From contig JAKFBS010000001.1 of the NCBI GenBank assembly GCA_036677065.1, positions 448,001-512,000 on the forward strand: a DNA stretch of 64,000 nt, read 5' to 3'. Position numbers and translations under genes: made by a program. The notes under the pieces were generated by a model that worked only from the letters and a program-made list of their open reading frames with translations, was not told where the DNA came from and did not search any database. Origin of the DNA: Bdellovibrio sp. (GTDB lineage: Bacteria; Bdellovibrionota; Bdellovibrionia; Bdellovibrionales; Bdellovibrionaceae). Of the stretch, positions 47,481 through 56,265 are shown piece after piece. Positions within the stretch are counted from its first letter, which is position 1, and the number at the start of each line of letters is the position of its first letter.

Positions 47481-49199
47481 TTAGTCATCACCGCTGACTT
47501 TTAAATCATGATATGACGGTACATCTAGCTTACTTTTTTTATGTTTAAAACTAACTACTTTATTTGTTGAAGGCTTAAAGTTTTCACTCTTACGAGGTGA
47601 GTAACTTGCATGTTGTGGTGCTTGTGTACTTAAACCGTAGACGATAATTTGCATCTCATTGACTAAAGTAGTTAACGATTCAGATTGCGCAGCTAATTCA
47701 ACCGAAGCTGATGCTGAGTTTTGTGAAATCGAAGCATTTTGTTGCGTTACCGTGTCCATTTGTGACATGGCTTTAGTGATTTCTTGAATTCCGATAGATT
47801 GTTCTTTTGAAGAGCTTGAAATCTCGATCACCATTGAGCTTACATCGGCTGCTTCAGCAACGATTTGTTCTAAAATTTCACCACATTGAGTGGCGATCGT
47901 GTGACCACGCTCAACTTTTTCTTTACCGATTAAAATTAAACCCTCAACACGTTCTTTAGTTTGAACCACGATGTGATTTACTTTTTTAATACTTTCTTCA
48001 AGGGTGCTAGAAATTTCTTGCGCGGCATTTCCGCTCATTTGGGCTAGATTTCCAACTTCTTCTGCAACTACAGAGAATCCTTTTCCGTGTTCACCTGCGC
48101 GCGCTGCTTCAACCGAAGCATTGAATGATAATAATTTAGTTTGGAATACGATATCTTTGATGACCGTAGTTTTTGCACCAATATCCATAATTACACGAGT
48201 AATTTCAGCGATGTTTTTATTTGATTCTTCAACCGCGTTCATGATTTGGCTATTACTTTCATTGATATCTGAAATCGCTGTCATCATTTCAGTAACAACG
48301 CTACGGCCTTTTTGGGCAACCTGTTGGCTAGTCACTGCTTTATCACGTGATTTTTCAGCATTGTCTGAATTTTTTGAAACCATCGCTGATAATTCTTCAA
48401 CCGCTGATGAAGTTTCTTGAACTGCAGCAGCTTGTTCTGATGAAGAGCTTGATAAACTTTCACTTGAAGTCGCGATTTCAGTGGCCGCTGAATTTACCTG
48501 AGTTGCGCCGTCAACTAGATTTTTTGAAACTGAAACTAGTTGGTTTGAAAGACTACGAGCAAATAAAATTCCCATCGTTAAAGATAAGATAAAGCCAAAT
48601 CCGACTAGCACCATTGCTAAAGTTGACTGAGCTTTACTGGTTTCTTCTACATCTTTTGTCCATTTAGCAGCTTCAGTCTGATGAAATTTTAAAAGCGCTC
48701 CGATTTTATCATAAAAACCATTGCGAATTTTACTGAAGTCACCGCGGTATGAGTTGGCGAACTCCATACGGTCTGCCGGAGAACCTGACATTAAGAGAGG
48801 TATAGATTCATCAACTTTCTTTATCATGCTCTGGTAGCTATCTATGAAAGTATCATAGATTTCTTTTTCTCCTTCAGTAAAGTCGATGGCTTCATAAGCA
48901 GTTCTGGCTGTGGCAAATCTTTGTTTTTCTTCATCAAGACGCGCAAGTAATCTTTTTTGTTCTTTTTCGTCATTACCGGGCAAAGTCATTTGTGTTAATA
49001 AGCGCAAGACTGAAACACCAGCAAAGCGCATGGTTGCTACGCTTACAGCGTTGGGAAAATTTATTTTTACGATGTGGTTATAATGATTACTTGTGACTGT
49101 AAGTGCGTTTACGCCTACCGCGCCAACAATAAGAAGTAGAATAGAACTAATCGCAGACATAGCAATTAGTTTTGTTTTTAGGCCAAATTTTTGAAACAT
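47481..49199 (-). CDS. Methyl-accepting chemotaxis protein with four-helix-bundle sensor
   Basis: Two TM helices; IVFQTKLLSFNASVEAARAGEHGKGFSVVAEEV; AAGGAG RBS. Confidence 0.96.
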   Translation of the reverse strand: MFQKFGLKTKLIAMSAISSILLLIVGAVGVNALTVTSNHYNHIVKINFPNAVSVATMRFAGVSVLRLLTQMTLPGNDEKEQKRLLARLDEEKQRFATARTAYEAIDFTEGEKEIYDTFIDSYQSMIKKVDESIPLLMSGSPADRMEFANSYRGDFSKIRNGFYDKIGALLKFHQTEAAKWTKDVEETSKAQSTLAMVLVGFGFILSLTMGILFARSLSNQLVSVSKNLVDGATQVNSAATEIATSSESLSSSSSEQAAAVQETSSAVEELSAMVSKNSDNAEKSRDKAVTSQQVAQKGRSVVTEMMTAISDINESNSQIMNAVEESNKNIAEITRVIMDIGAKTTVIKDIVFQTKLLSFNASVEAARAGEHGKGFSVVAEEVGNLAQMSGNAAQEISSTLEESIKKVNHIVVQTKERVEGLILIGKEKVERGHTIATQCGEILEQIVAEAADVSSMVIEISSSSKEQSIGIQEITKAMSQMDTVTQQNASISQNSASASVELAAQSESLTTLVNEMQIIVYGLSTQAPQHASYSPRKSENFKPSTNKVVSFKHKKSKLDVPSYHDLKVSGDD

Positions 49200-49232
49200 A
49201 CGTGCTCCTTTAGAGTTTTCATAGTTGTATTA

Positions 49233-49240
49233 TTATCGGT
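49233..49240 (-). promoter_or_regulatory. FliA-type -10 box for the MCP gene
   Basis: Minus strand ACCGATAA about 35 nt before the MCP start; -35 unclear. Confidence 0.45.
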
Positions 49241-49281
49241 AATTTTTTTTAAAAAATAGTTAAGAGATTGTGAACCGGGGT

Positions 49282-49674
49282 CTAGGCGGCCTTTTTAAAG
49301 GCCTCGACCATTTTGACTTGCAACGTTTGCATACTAAACGGTTTTACTACATATGCAGATACGCCGACAGTTAAGGCTTCTAGCACTTGGGCTTTTTCTG
49401 ATTCAGCAGTCACTAACATAAATGGTAAGTTAGCAAAGCGGGTGTCTGTGCGAACTTTTTTTAACAGCTCAATCCCTGATCCATTTGGCATATTCCAATC
49501 TGAAATAACTAAACCATAATCAGCATTCGGCGCGCTGATGGCTTCCCAGCCTTTTACGCCGTCTTCACTTTCAGTGATATTTTCAAAACCTAAGTCTTTT
49601 AAAGATTTAGCTACAATCTTTCGCATTGTTTTCATGTCATCAATAATAAGAATCTTAGTACTAGTACTGAACAT
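49282..49674 (-). CDS. cheY: Chemotaxis response regulator CheY
   Basis: IIDDMKTMRKIV, ISDWNMP, LVTAE, YVVKPF. Confidence 0.93.
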   Translation of the reverse strand: MFSTSTKILIIDDMKTMRKIVAKSLKDLGFENITESEDGVKGWEAISAPNADYGLVISDWNMPNGSGIELLKKVRTDTRFANLPFMLVTAESEKAQVLEALTVGVSAYVVKPFSMQTLQVKMVEAFKKAA

Positions 49675-49694
49675 TAGTTCTCCTTGTAAATAAA

Positions 49695-50522
49695 TTATTT
49701 TTTTGGATCAAACGAAATTTCGACTCGAAACATACCGAATGGTGTTTTGAACGGTAGCATAATCACTTTTTGGTATGTTGTCTGGCGAATTTTAATTTTT
49801 TCGCCAGATAGAATTGTTGGCAGAGCCGACTCCAACTTAAAACCGCATTGTTCATTGAGTTTTGTTTTAGCGCTGCCATAAATAATATTTAATAATTCAC
49901 CGGCAGCGTCTTCGATTTCTTCATTAATTTTATCAACGACTTCGCCAAACATTGCTTCATAGATTTTAAGAAACACAACCTCTGGAAATGCCAAGGTGAT
50001 TGAGCCATTAAATCGTTCATTGATTAAAGAAATGACTCCAGCAATTGAGATATCATCAGATCTGAATTTTTCATCAATATGAATAAGCTGCGGCTTTTGC
50101 GCTTCGCATTTGGTATTAGCCATTTGTTCGAGTGTTATCAATGTGGCTTCTAAAAATGGATTAATCATTTGCACATCAAGGCTAGATTTATTTTGACTGA
50201 CTTTGGGCAGGTAACTTTGATCAGCGGTTACGTTTAAAGCGTCAGATATTCCGGCTAATTTGAATTGTTGGCCTAATTGTAAATTCAGATTATGACTTGC
50301 AATTTGTTTTCCGGCTTTACGTATGTTCTGAGATACAGTCAGAAGCGCGCGATATGTAATTTGTTTGCAATCATTCGTTTTTTGAAAATTAAAGGCATAG
50401 ATTTCAATCGATGTCATGGCTAACCAGTCTTTGGCATTAACTAATAATAGATCAGAAAATTCGCTATCCAGAGTTTCTGGAAGTTCGATAGTCATGATCG
50501 GACCGTTCGTCAAAATATTCAT
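49695..50522 (-). CDS. cheX: CheX phosphatase with an N-terminal STAS-like domain
   Basis: INPFLEAT, IAGVISL, DAAGELLNIIYG, LPTILSG; extra N-terminal region of about 110 aa. Confidence 0.85.
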   Translation of the reverse strand: MNILTNGPIMTIELPETLDSEFSDLLLVNAKDWLAMTSIEIYAFNFQKTNDCKQITYRALLTVSQNIRKAGKQIASHNLNLQLGQQFKLAGISDALNVTADQSYLPKVSQNKSSLDVQMINPFLEATLITLEQMANTKCEAQKPQLIHIDEKFRSDDISIAGVISLINERFNGSITLAFPEVVFLKIYEAMFGEVVDKINEEIEDAAGELLNIIYGSAKTKLNEQCGFKLESALPTILSGEKIKIRQTTYQKVIMLPFKTPFGMFRVEISFDPKK

Positions 50523-50728
50523 TTTACATGCGCCTCGAAGGTTTCATAATTTCCAACAACACTTCGGCTGTTATTTATTTCTAGACTTAAAGCTTTACTG
50601 CTATGTGATTGAAAACAGTCATTAAAATTTAAATTATTAAGAAATTGTGAATTCAAATTATCAAGAGAGTGTTAAAGAAGGGCTGGGTCAGTTTAATTTA
50701 TTGAAGGACCCGTCGATCATGTACCTAT

Positions 50729-52336
50729 ATGTATGACAATGAAATAAAAATTGGTTTTTTGGAAGAAGGCGAACAAGTCATTGAAGAAATGGAGACATTG
50801 CTTCTTGATCTAGAGCACACTGCTGATAAAAAAGAAACGTTCGACGGAATTTTTCGCGCAGTTCATAATGTAAAAGGCAGCGCTAAGGCTGTCGGCTTTG
50901 ATCAATTGGGTGCTTACTGCCATGATTTAGAAACTTATCTATTAGTTTATAAAAATGGTGAAAAACCTTTAACAAAAGAAGTGATTAACTATCTGTTGAA
51001 ATCGCGTGATGTTATTGCCGCGGCCTTTGCGACCTATAAAAAAGATTTAAACGCGGTTTTTGATTTTAATGTCGGTTTTGACAGCGATGAATGTAATGAC
51101 GAAGAAAATTCGCAGATTGAAATGAACACGACGGGGCTCGTTGTTGCTAAAAAAGCTACGAACAGCAATGACACTTCAGTGCGTGTAAATTTACAACGTG
51201 TCGATAAATTAATTAATGCTGTTGGTGAATTGGTTGTGCTGGATTCAGTCTTACGCCAACAATGTCTGAGCTCGATGGATCAAGCTATTTTAAAAACTGT
51301 TGAACAGGCCGGAAAAATTATCAGAGAAGTTCAGGATTTATCTATGAGCTTGCGCATGGTGCCTGTGAAGCCGCTTGTGCAAAAATTGCAACGCATCAGC
51401 CGTGACACCTCATCATCTGTAGAAAAAAGTGTCGACTTTCGCGTAGTTGGCGAAGATATCGAAATTGATAAAACTATTCTGGACAGTATCAGTGATCCAT
51501 TGGTTCATATTATCAGAAATGCAATTGATCACGGTATCGAAGCGCCCGAAGAACGCGTCGTACAGGGAAAACCTGCCGCAGGCTTTTTAGAATTAAGTTT
51601 TTCGCAAGAAGGTGGAAAGCTGGTTTTGCGTATTAAAGATGATGGTAAAGGTTTAGATCAACAGCGCATCATCGCTAAAGCCATTGAAAAAAATATTATC
51701 ACAAGTGGTGATAATATGAATGAATCACAAATTTTTGAACTTATTTTTGCGCCTGGATTTTCTACCAAAGCGGCTGTAACAGAAGTTTCAGGTCGTGGTG
51801 TTGGTATGGATGTGGTTCGCACCAGTGTTGAATCATTAGGTGGACAAATTGAAATCAGTTCTGAATTACACAAAGGCACAGAGTTTACGATTGCGTTACC
51901 GTTAACGGTAGCCATTATCGAAGGCATGGTGGTTAAGACCACTCAAGATAATTTTATTATTCCATTTACGCAAGTTACTGAAACCGTAAAAATCACTGAT
52001 GAAAACTTAACAAAGGGTTCTGAATCAGGAACTTTATTAAATCTACGCGGTCGTTATTTGCCAGTTTATTCATTACGTGAACTATTAGGTGATAAAAAGA
52101 CAGTTAAAAAAAATGGCATCGGCATTATCGCCAAATCGGCACGAGTTAACTTTGTTGTCTTAGTTGATGATGTGGTTGGCCAGCAACAGATTGTTGTGAA
52201 GCAGCTAGGTGCAGAGCTTTCAGGGTTTAAACGTTTTATCGGAAGTGGTGTCTTGGGCGATGGCAAACCAGCTTTAATTTTAGATTTAGCCCAATTAGCA
52301 GATGAAGAATTAAAAAGAGTAAAGGATGTCGGATGA
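50729..52336 (+). CDS. cheA: Chemotaxis histidine kinase CheA (compact, no P2 domain)
   Basis: IFRAVHNVKG, VGELVV, HIIRNAIDHG, DDGKG, SGRGVGMDVV, C-terminal CheW domain. Confidence 0.97.
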   Translation: MYDNEIKIGFLEEGEQVIEEMETLLLDLEHTADKKETFDGIFRAVHNVKGSAKAVGFDQLGAYCHDLETYLLVYKNGEKPLTKEVINYLLKSRDVIAAAFATYKKDLNAVFDFNVGFDSDECNDEENSQIEMNTTGLVVAKKATNSNDTSVRVNLQRVDKLINAVGELVVLDSVLRQQCLSSMDQAILKTVEQAGKIIREVQDLSMSLRMVPVKPLVQKLQRISRDTSSSVEKSVDFRVVGEDIEIDKTILDSISDPLVHIIRNAIDHGIEAPEERVVQGKPAAGFLELSFSQEGGKLVLRIKDDGKGLDQQRIIAKAIEKNIITSGDNMNESQIFELIFAPGFSTKAAVTEVSGRGVGMDVVRTSVESLGGQIEISSELHKGTEFTIALPLTVAIIEGMVVKTTQDNFIIPFTQVTETVKITDENLTKGSESGTLLNLRGRYLPVYSLRELLGDKKTVKKNGIGIIAKSARVNFVVLVDDVVGQQQIVVKQLGAELSGFKRFIGSGVLGDGKPALILDLAQLADEELKRVKDVG

Positions 52337-52785
52337 AAATCACACAAAAGTTTTTAAGTTTTATAGTCGGAGCCGAAAGTTTTGCAGTACCTTTGTTAAA
52401 GGTGCGCGAAGTGATCGGGATGCCAGAAGTTACTGCGATACCACAAGCGCCAGCGCATGTGGTGGGAATCATTAATTTGCGAGGACAAATTATTACAATA
52501 TTTGATCTGCGCTCGCGCTTGAATTCAAGCACGAAGGGTGAACAACCCACGGTCATTATTTGTGAAATGCCCTTTGGACAAATGGGTATCATTGTTGATA
52601 TGGTATCAAGCGTACTTTCAGCAGATTCAGAACAAATTTCTGAAGTACCGCCTGGATCACGTGCGGCAAATCATGATTTTATCACTAGCATTTATTCAAA
52701 TGAAGACGTGTTAATTTTAATGTTAGACGTTGAAAAAGTGATCGGCCGCGATATGAGAGTAGCTCAAGCAACGAGTGCCGCTTAA
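52333..52785 (+). CDS. cheW: Chemotaxis coupling protein CheW
   Basis: VREVI, IPQAP.HVVGIINLRGQI, GIIVD.V. Confidence 0.96.
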   Translation: MKITQKFLSFIVGAESFAVPLLKVREVIGMPEVTAIPQAPAHVVGIINLRGQIITIFDLRSRLNSSTKGEQPTVIICEMPFGQMGIIVDMVSSVLSADSEQISEVPPGSRAANHDFITSIYSNEDVLILMLDVEKVIGRDMRVAQATSAA

Positions 52786-54488
52786 TGAAAAACAACATGT
52801 CAGCGATTATGTCTTTAGCCTCTGAGGTCTCAGAGGTTTCTGGCGTTCAGCTGGGCGAAAAACAGCAAGATATGGTGATTCAGCGCTTACGCCGGCGCAT
52901 GACATTGTTAGGCTTAAAATCAGAAGCTGAATATATCGATTATTACCGAAAAAATCGCACCGAAGAATTTCGCGAGCTGATTTCTTTATTTACGACTCAT
53001 CATACATATTTTTTTCGTGAATTTAAACACTTTGAAATTTTGCGGCAGCACACTTTGCCGCAATTGATTCCCTTAGTACGCAAACGCGCTGATAAAACGA
53101 TTCATTTATGGTCGGCGGCTTGTAGTCGTGGGCACGAAGTTTATTCGTTAGCTATTTTTTTAGAACAGTGTTTAAAAGATTTAGCACCAGATCTGAATTT
53201 TCGCCTGCATGGAACAGATATCGATGCCATTTCAGTCGAATTTGCTAAAAATGGAGTATTCACTAAAAAAGAGGTGGATACTATTCCGTTGGCCTACCAG
53301 ACCGGAACTTTTATTCGTGGTCGCGGTGAATATGCTGATTTTACCCGGGTACATCAACGCTTGCATGAACGCTGTTCATTTGACGTGGCTAATTTAGTTG
53401 ATGTTAAAACTTGGCCTAAGCAAAACTTTGATATTATTTTTTGTCGCAATGTTTTTATTTATTTTTCGGCCAGCGATATGGAAAAAACCGCCCGAAATTT
53501 TCAAAAAAGATTGAATGATAGTGGATATTTATTTTTAGGACTGACTGAAACTCTGAACGGGTTAGATGTAAAATTAAAAACTGCAGGACCATCGGTTTAT
53601 ATGCAAGCTAAAGAAAAAGCTTCACCATTATCATTGGTGCCAAATCAACCAGTCATGCAAGCTCAGCCGTCAGTGCAAATAAAACAGCAACCTTTAATAC
53701 GCCGGGTTTTATGCGTGGATGATTCACCCACGATTTTAAGTTTATTAAAACAAACCTTTACGCGTGCCGATGGCTTTGAAGTGGCTGATACAGCAAATAA
53801 CGGTAAAGAGGCCTTAGATAAAATTGCAAAAAATAAATACGATCTGATTACTTTAGATATTCATATGCCGATTATGAACGGTTTAGAGTTTTTAAAAAAT
53901 AGCCAAAGTCCAAATCGTCCACCGGTGATAGTGATTAGTTCAGTAGACAGACAAGAGCAATCATTGGCTTTAGAAGCCCTGCGTTTGGGCGCGAAAGACT
54001 ATGTTGAAAAACCAAGTCTTAAAACTTTTGATGCAAGCCGTGAAGAGATTTTATTTAAAGCGCGCACACTGGCGGTGGATAATAAAGTCAGCGATTTTAA
54101 TAACTCATTAGATAAAACTTTTGGCGGAAAAGAAATTGCGGCCAATGCCTACGGCCAAATTGCAGTTTTGCATACTCCGCACGATTTAGCTCGCGCTAAA
54201 AACTATCAAGCCAGCTGCACCACTCCAGCCCTTAAAAATACCTTACTGGAATTTCAGGGATTTATGCTGCCATTTGAAATAAAATCCTGTGACGCTGTTG
54301 TCATTGTAAGTGAGTTTCCAGCACATGTCTTAGAGCAGGTTAAAAAATTAGGTAAAAAAGTTTATTTATTAGAAGATGCCTATAAGCAGTTGAAACCTCA
54401 ATTGATCAAAGATTTTGAGTTGTATCCCATGGCCAGTCTTAGTTATGCGGTAAGCCGGTTTGTAAGAGAACAAAATGATAAAAAGTAA
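52785..54488 (+). CDS. cheR: CheR methyltransferase fused to a receiver domain and a C-terminal extension
   Basis: TYFFRE..HF, WSAACSRG.E.YS, GTDID, FDIIFCRNVFIYF; then VLCVDDS, ITLDIHMP, DYVEKP. Confidence 0.9.
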   Translation: MKNNMSAIMSLASEVSEVSGVQLGEKQQDMVIQRLRRRMTLLGLKSEAEYIDYYRKNRTEEFRELISLFTTHHTYFFREFKHFEILRQHTLPQLIPLVRKRADKTIHLWSAACSRGHEVYSLAIFLEQCLKDLAPDLNFRLHGTDIDAISVEFAKNGVFTKKEVDTIPLAYQTGTFIRGRGEYADFTRVHQRLHERCSFDVANLVDVKTWPKQNFDIIFCRNVFIYFSASDMEKTARNFQKRLNDSGYLFLGLTETLNGLDVKLKTAGPSVYMQAKEKASPLSLVPNQPVMQAQPSVQIKQQPLIRRVLCVDDSPTILSLLKQTFTRADGFEVADTANNGKEALDKIAKNKYDLITLDIHMPIMNGLEFLKNSQSPNRPPVIVISSVDRQEQSLALEALRLGAKDYVEKPSLKTFDASREEILFKARTLAVDNKVSDFNNSLDKTFGGKEIAANAYGQIAVLHTPHDLARAKNYQASCTTPALKNTLLEFQGFMLPFEIKSCDAVVIVSEFPAHVLEQVKKLGKKVYLLEDAYKQLKPQLIKDFELYPMASLSYAVSRFVREQNDKK

Positions 54489-55524
54489 AATCAGAACTTT
54501 GATTGTCGATGATTCTGTAACGATTCGAAAAGTGATTCGTCATTTATTAGAATCAGATGCGCGTTTTGAAGTTGTCGGCGAAGCAGCCACACCCAGTGAA
54601 GCGCTTAAAGAAATTCGCTTGCGTAATATTGATTTGATCACGATGGATTTGCATTTACCGCAAAAAACCGGTGCTGATCTTATTAAGGAATATATGGCGA
54701 TTCGTCCGATTCCCACGGTAGTGATTAGTTCACTCAGACCCGAAGAATCACATTTAGTCTTAGAAAGTCTAGAAAATGGGGCTGTTGATTATATTCAAAA
54801 ACCCGATCAAAAAACAATTCTAGCTAACCGGGTTGAAATATTAGATCGTTTATTTCATGCTGCCCAAGCAAAGTTAGTGAGTAATAATAAACACACAAAA
54901 CAAGAAGCGCTTTTGTCACAGACTGGCAATGGACTTTTAGTTATCGGGGCCTCGACTGGTGGAACTGAAGCGATCAAAACATTACTCGCCCAATTGGGAT
55001 CAAAAATTCCTCCAACGCTTATTGTGCAACATATTCCGCCATTCTTCAGTGAAGCGTTTGCCACACGATTAAATAAACTTTTTCCTTTCGAGGTTAAAGA
55101 AGCCAAGAATGGGGATAAGGTTCAGGAAAACCGTGCCCTGATTGCTCCTGGTGGCATGCAGATGAGACTGGCAAAAAAAGGGCAAGATTTTTTTGTCGTT
55201 ATTGAAGATAGCCCTCCGGTGAATCGTCATAAACCTTCGGTAGATTTTTTATTTGATTCAGTTAAGCATGAATATAGCGGCCCCAAAGTTGCGGTGCTAC
55301 TTACGGGGATGGGCGCGGATGGCGCAGAAGGAATGTTAAAGCTTAGATCAGTTGGTGCTTACACCATTGCGCAGGACGAACAAACTTGTGTTGTGTTCGG
55401 AATGCCGCGCGAAGCAATTAAACGAAATGCTGCAGTAAAGGTATGTGGTCTACATGAAATGGGAACCGCTATTCACAATGGTTTTACGAGTTTACTGAGT
55501 CCAAAAAAGGGCCAGGCAAGTTGA
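54475..55524 (+). CDS. cheB: Chemotaxis methylesterase CheB
   Basis: Receiver plus IGASTGG, VQHIP, HKPSVD.LF, LTGMGADG, FGMP. Confidence 0.97.
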   Translation: MIKSKIRTLIVDDSVTIRKVIRHLLESDARFEVVGEAATPSEALKEIRLRNIDLITMDLHLPQKTGADLIKEYMAIRPIPTVVISSLRPEESHLVLESLENGAVDYIQKPDQKTILANRVEILDRLFHAAQAKLVSNNKHTKQEALLSQTGNGLLVIGASTGGTEAIKTLLAQLGSKIPPTLIVQHIPPFFSEAFATRLNKLFPFEVKEAKNGDKVQENRALIAPGGMQMRLAKKGQDFFVVIEDSPPVNRHKPSVDFLFDSVKHEYSGPKVAVLLTGMGADGAEGMLKLRSVGAYTIAQDEQTCVVFGMPREAIKRNAAVKVCGLHEMGTAIHNGFTSLLSPKKGQAS

Positions 55525-55557
55525 CCAAATTTAGAAATCTTAACATAATTAACCTCG

Positions 55558-56265
55558 ATGAATAAAAAAAGACTTTTAATATTAGATGACGATATCAGAA
55601 TCTGTGAAGTTTTAGCGCAAGGGTTAAGTGGTGAATTCGAAGTCACAACAACTCATGATGCTGACATCGCCTATCGTATTATTACAAAAAATTCACCTGA
55701 TATTATCTTGCTCGATATTCATTTAGGCACTGGCTGTGGCATCAGTCTTTGTAAAAAACTAAGAGCTAACCAGCTTATTAAAAATATTCCAATCTTGATT
55801 CTGACTGGGCATGGAACCACAGATAAAATGTTACAATCGTTTGACGTCGGTGCTGATGATTACATTGAAAAGCCAGTTGATCTGGTCGTTATTAAAGCCA
55901 GATTAAATGCACGCTTAAGACGGGTGCAAGAGCTTTCACATACTGGGGTATGTTTTGGTAATTTAAAACTATACTCTGAGCGTTTTGAAATTGAACTTGA
56001 TGGCCGCTGTGAACGTTTAAGTGAAATTGAATTTAACATGCTTAGAATTTTTCTATCGAACCCTAATAAAAAAATCTCGCGCATGGATATTTTAAAAACA
56101 ATTTGGAATGATACGCGTGTCGAAGAACGTACGGTTGACGTGCACATCAGTTCGTTACGCCGTAAATTAAAAGACTTCAATCATCATATTAAAGCTTTGT
56201 ACGGAAGCGGCTATATTCTGCGCCCCAGCGAAAAAAAAAGCCTATTTAAATCTTTTGAAGCGTAA
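55558..56265 (+). CDS. OmpR-family response regulator
   Basis: ILDDD, LLDIHL, GADDYIEKP, RTVDVHISSLRRKL, GSGY. Confidence 0.94.
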   Translation: MNKKRLLILDDDIRICEVLAQGLSGEFEVTTTHDADIAYRIITKNSPDIILLDIHLGTGCGISLCKKLRANQLIKNIPILILTGHGTTDKMLQSFDVGADDYIEKPVDLVVIKARLNARLRRVQELSHTGVCFGNLKLYSERFEIELDGRCERLSEIEFNMLRIFLSNPNKKISRMDILKTIWNDTRVEERTVDVHISSLRRKLKDFNHHIKALYGSGYILRPSEKKSLFKSFEA

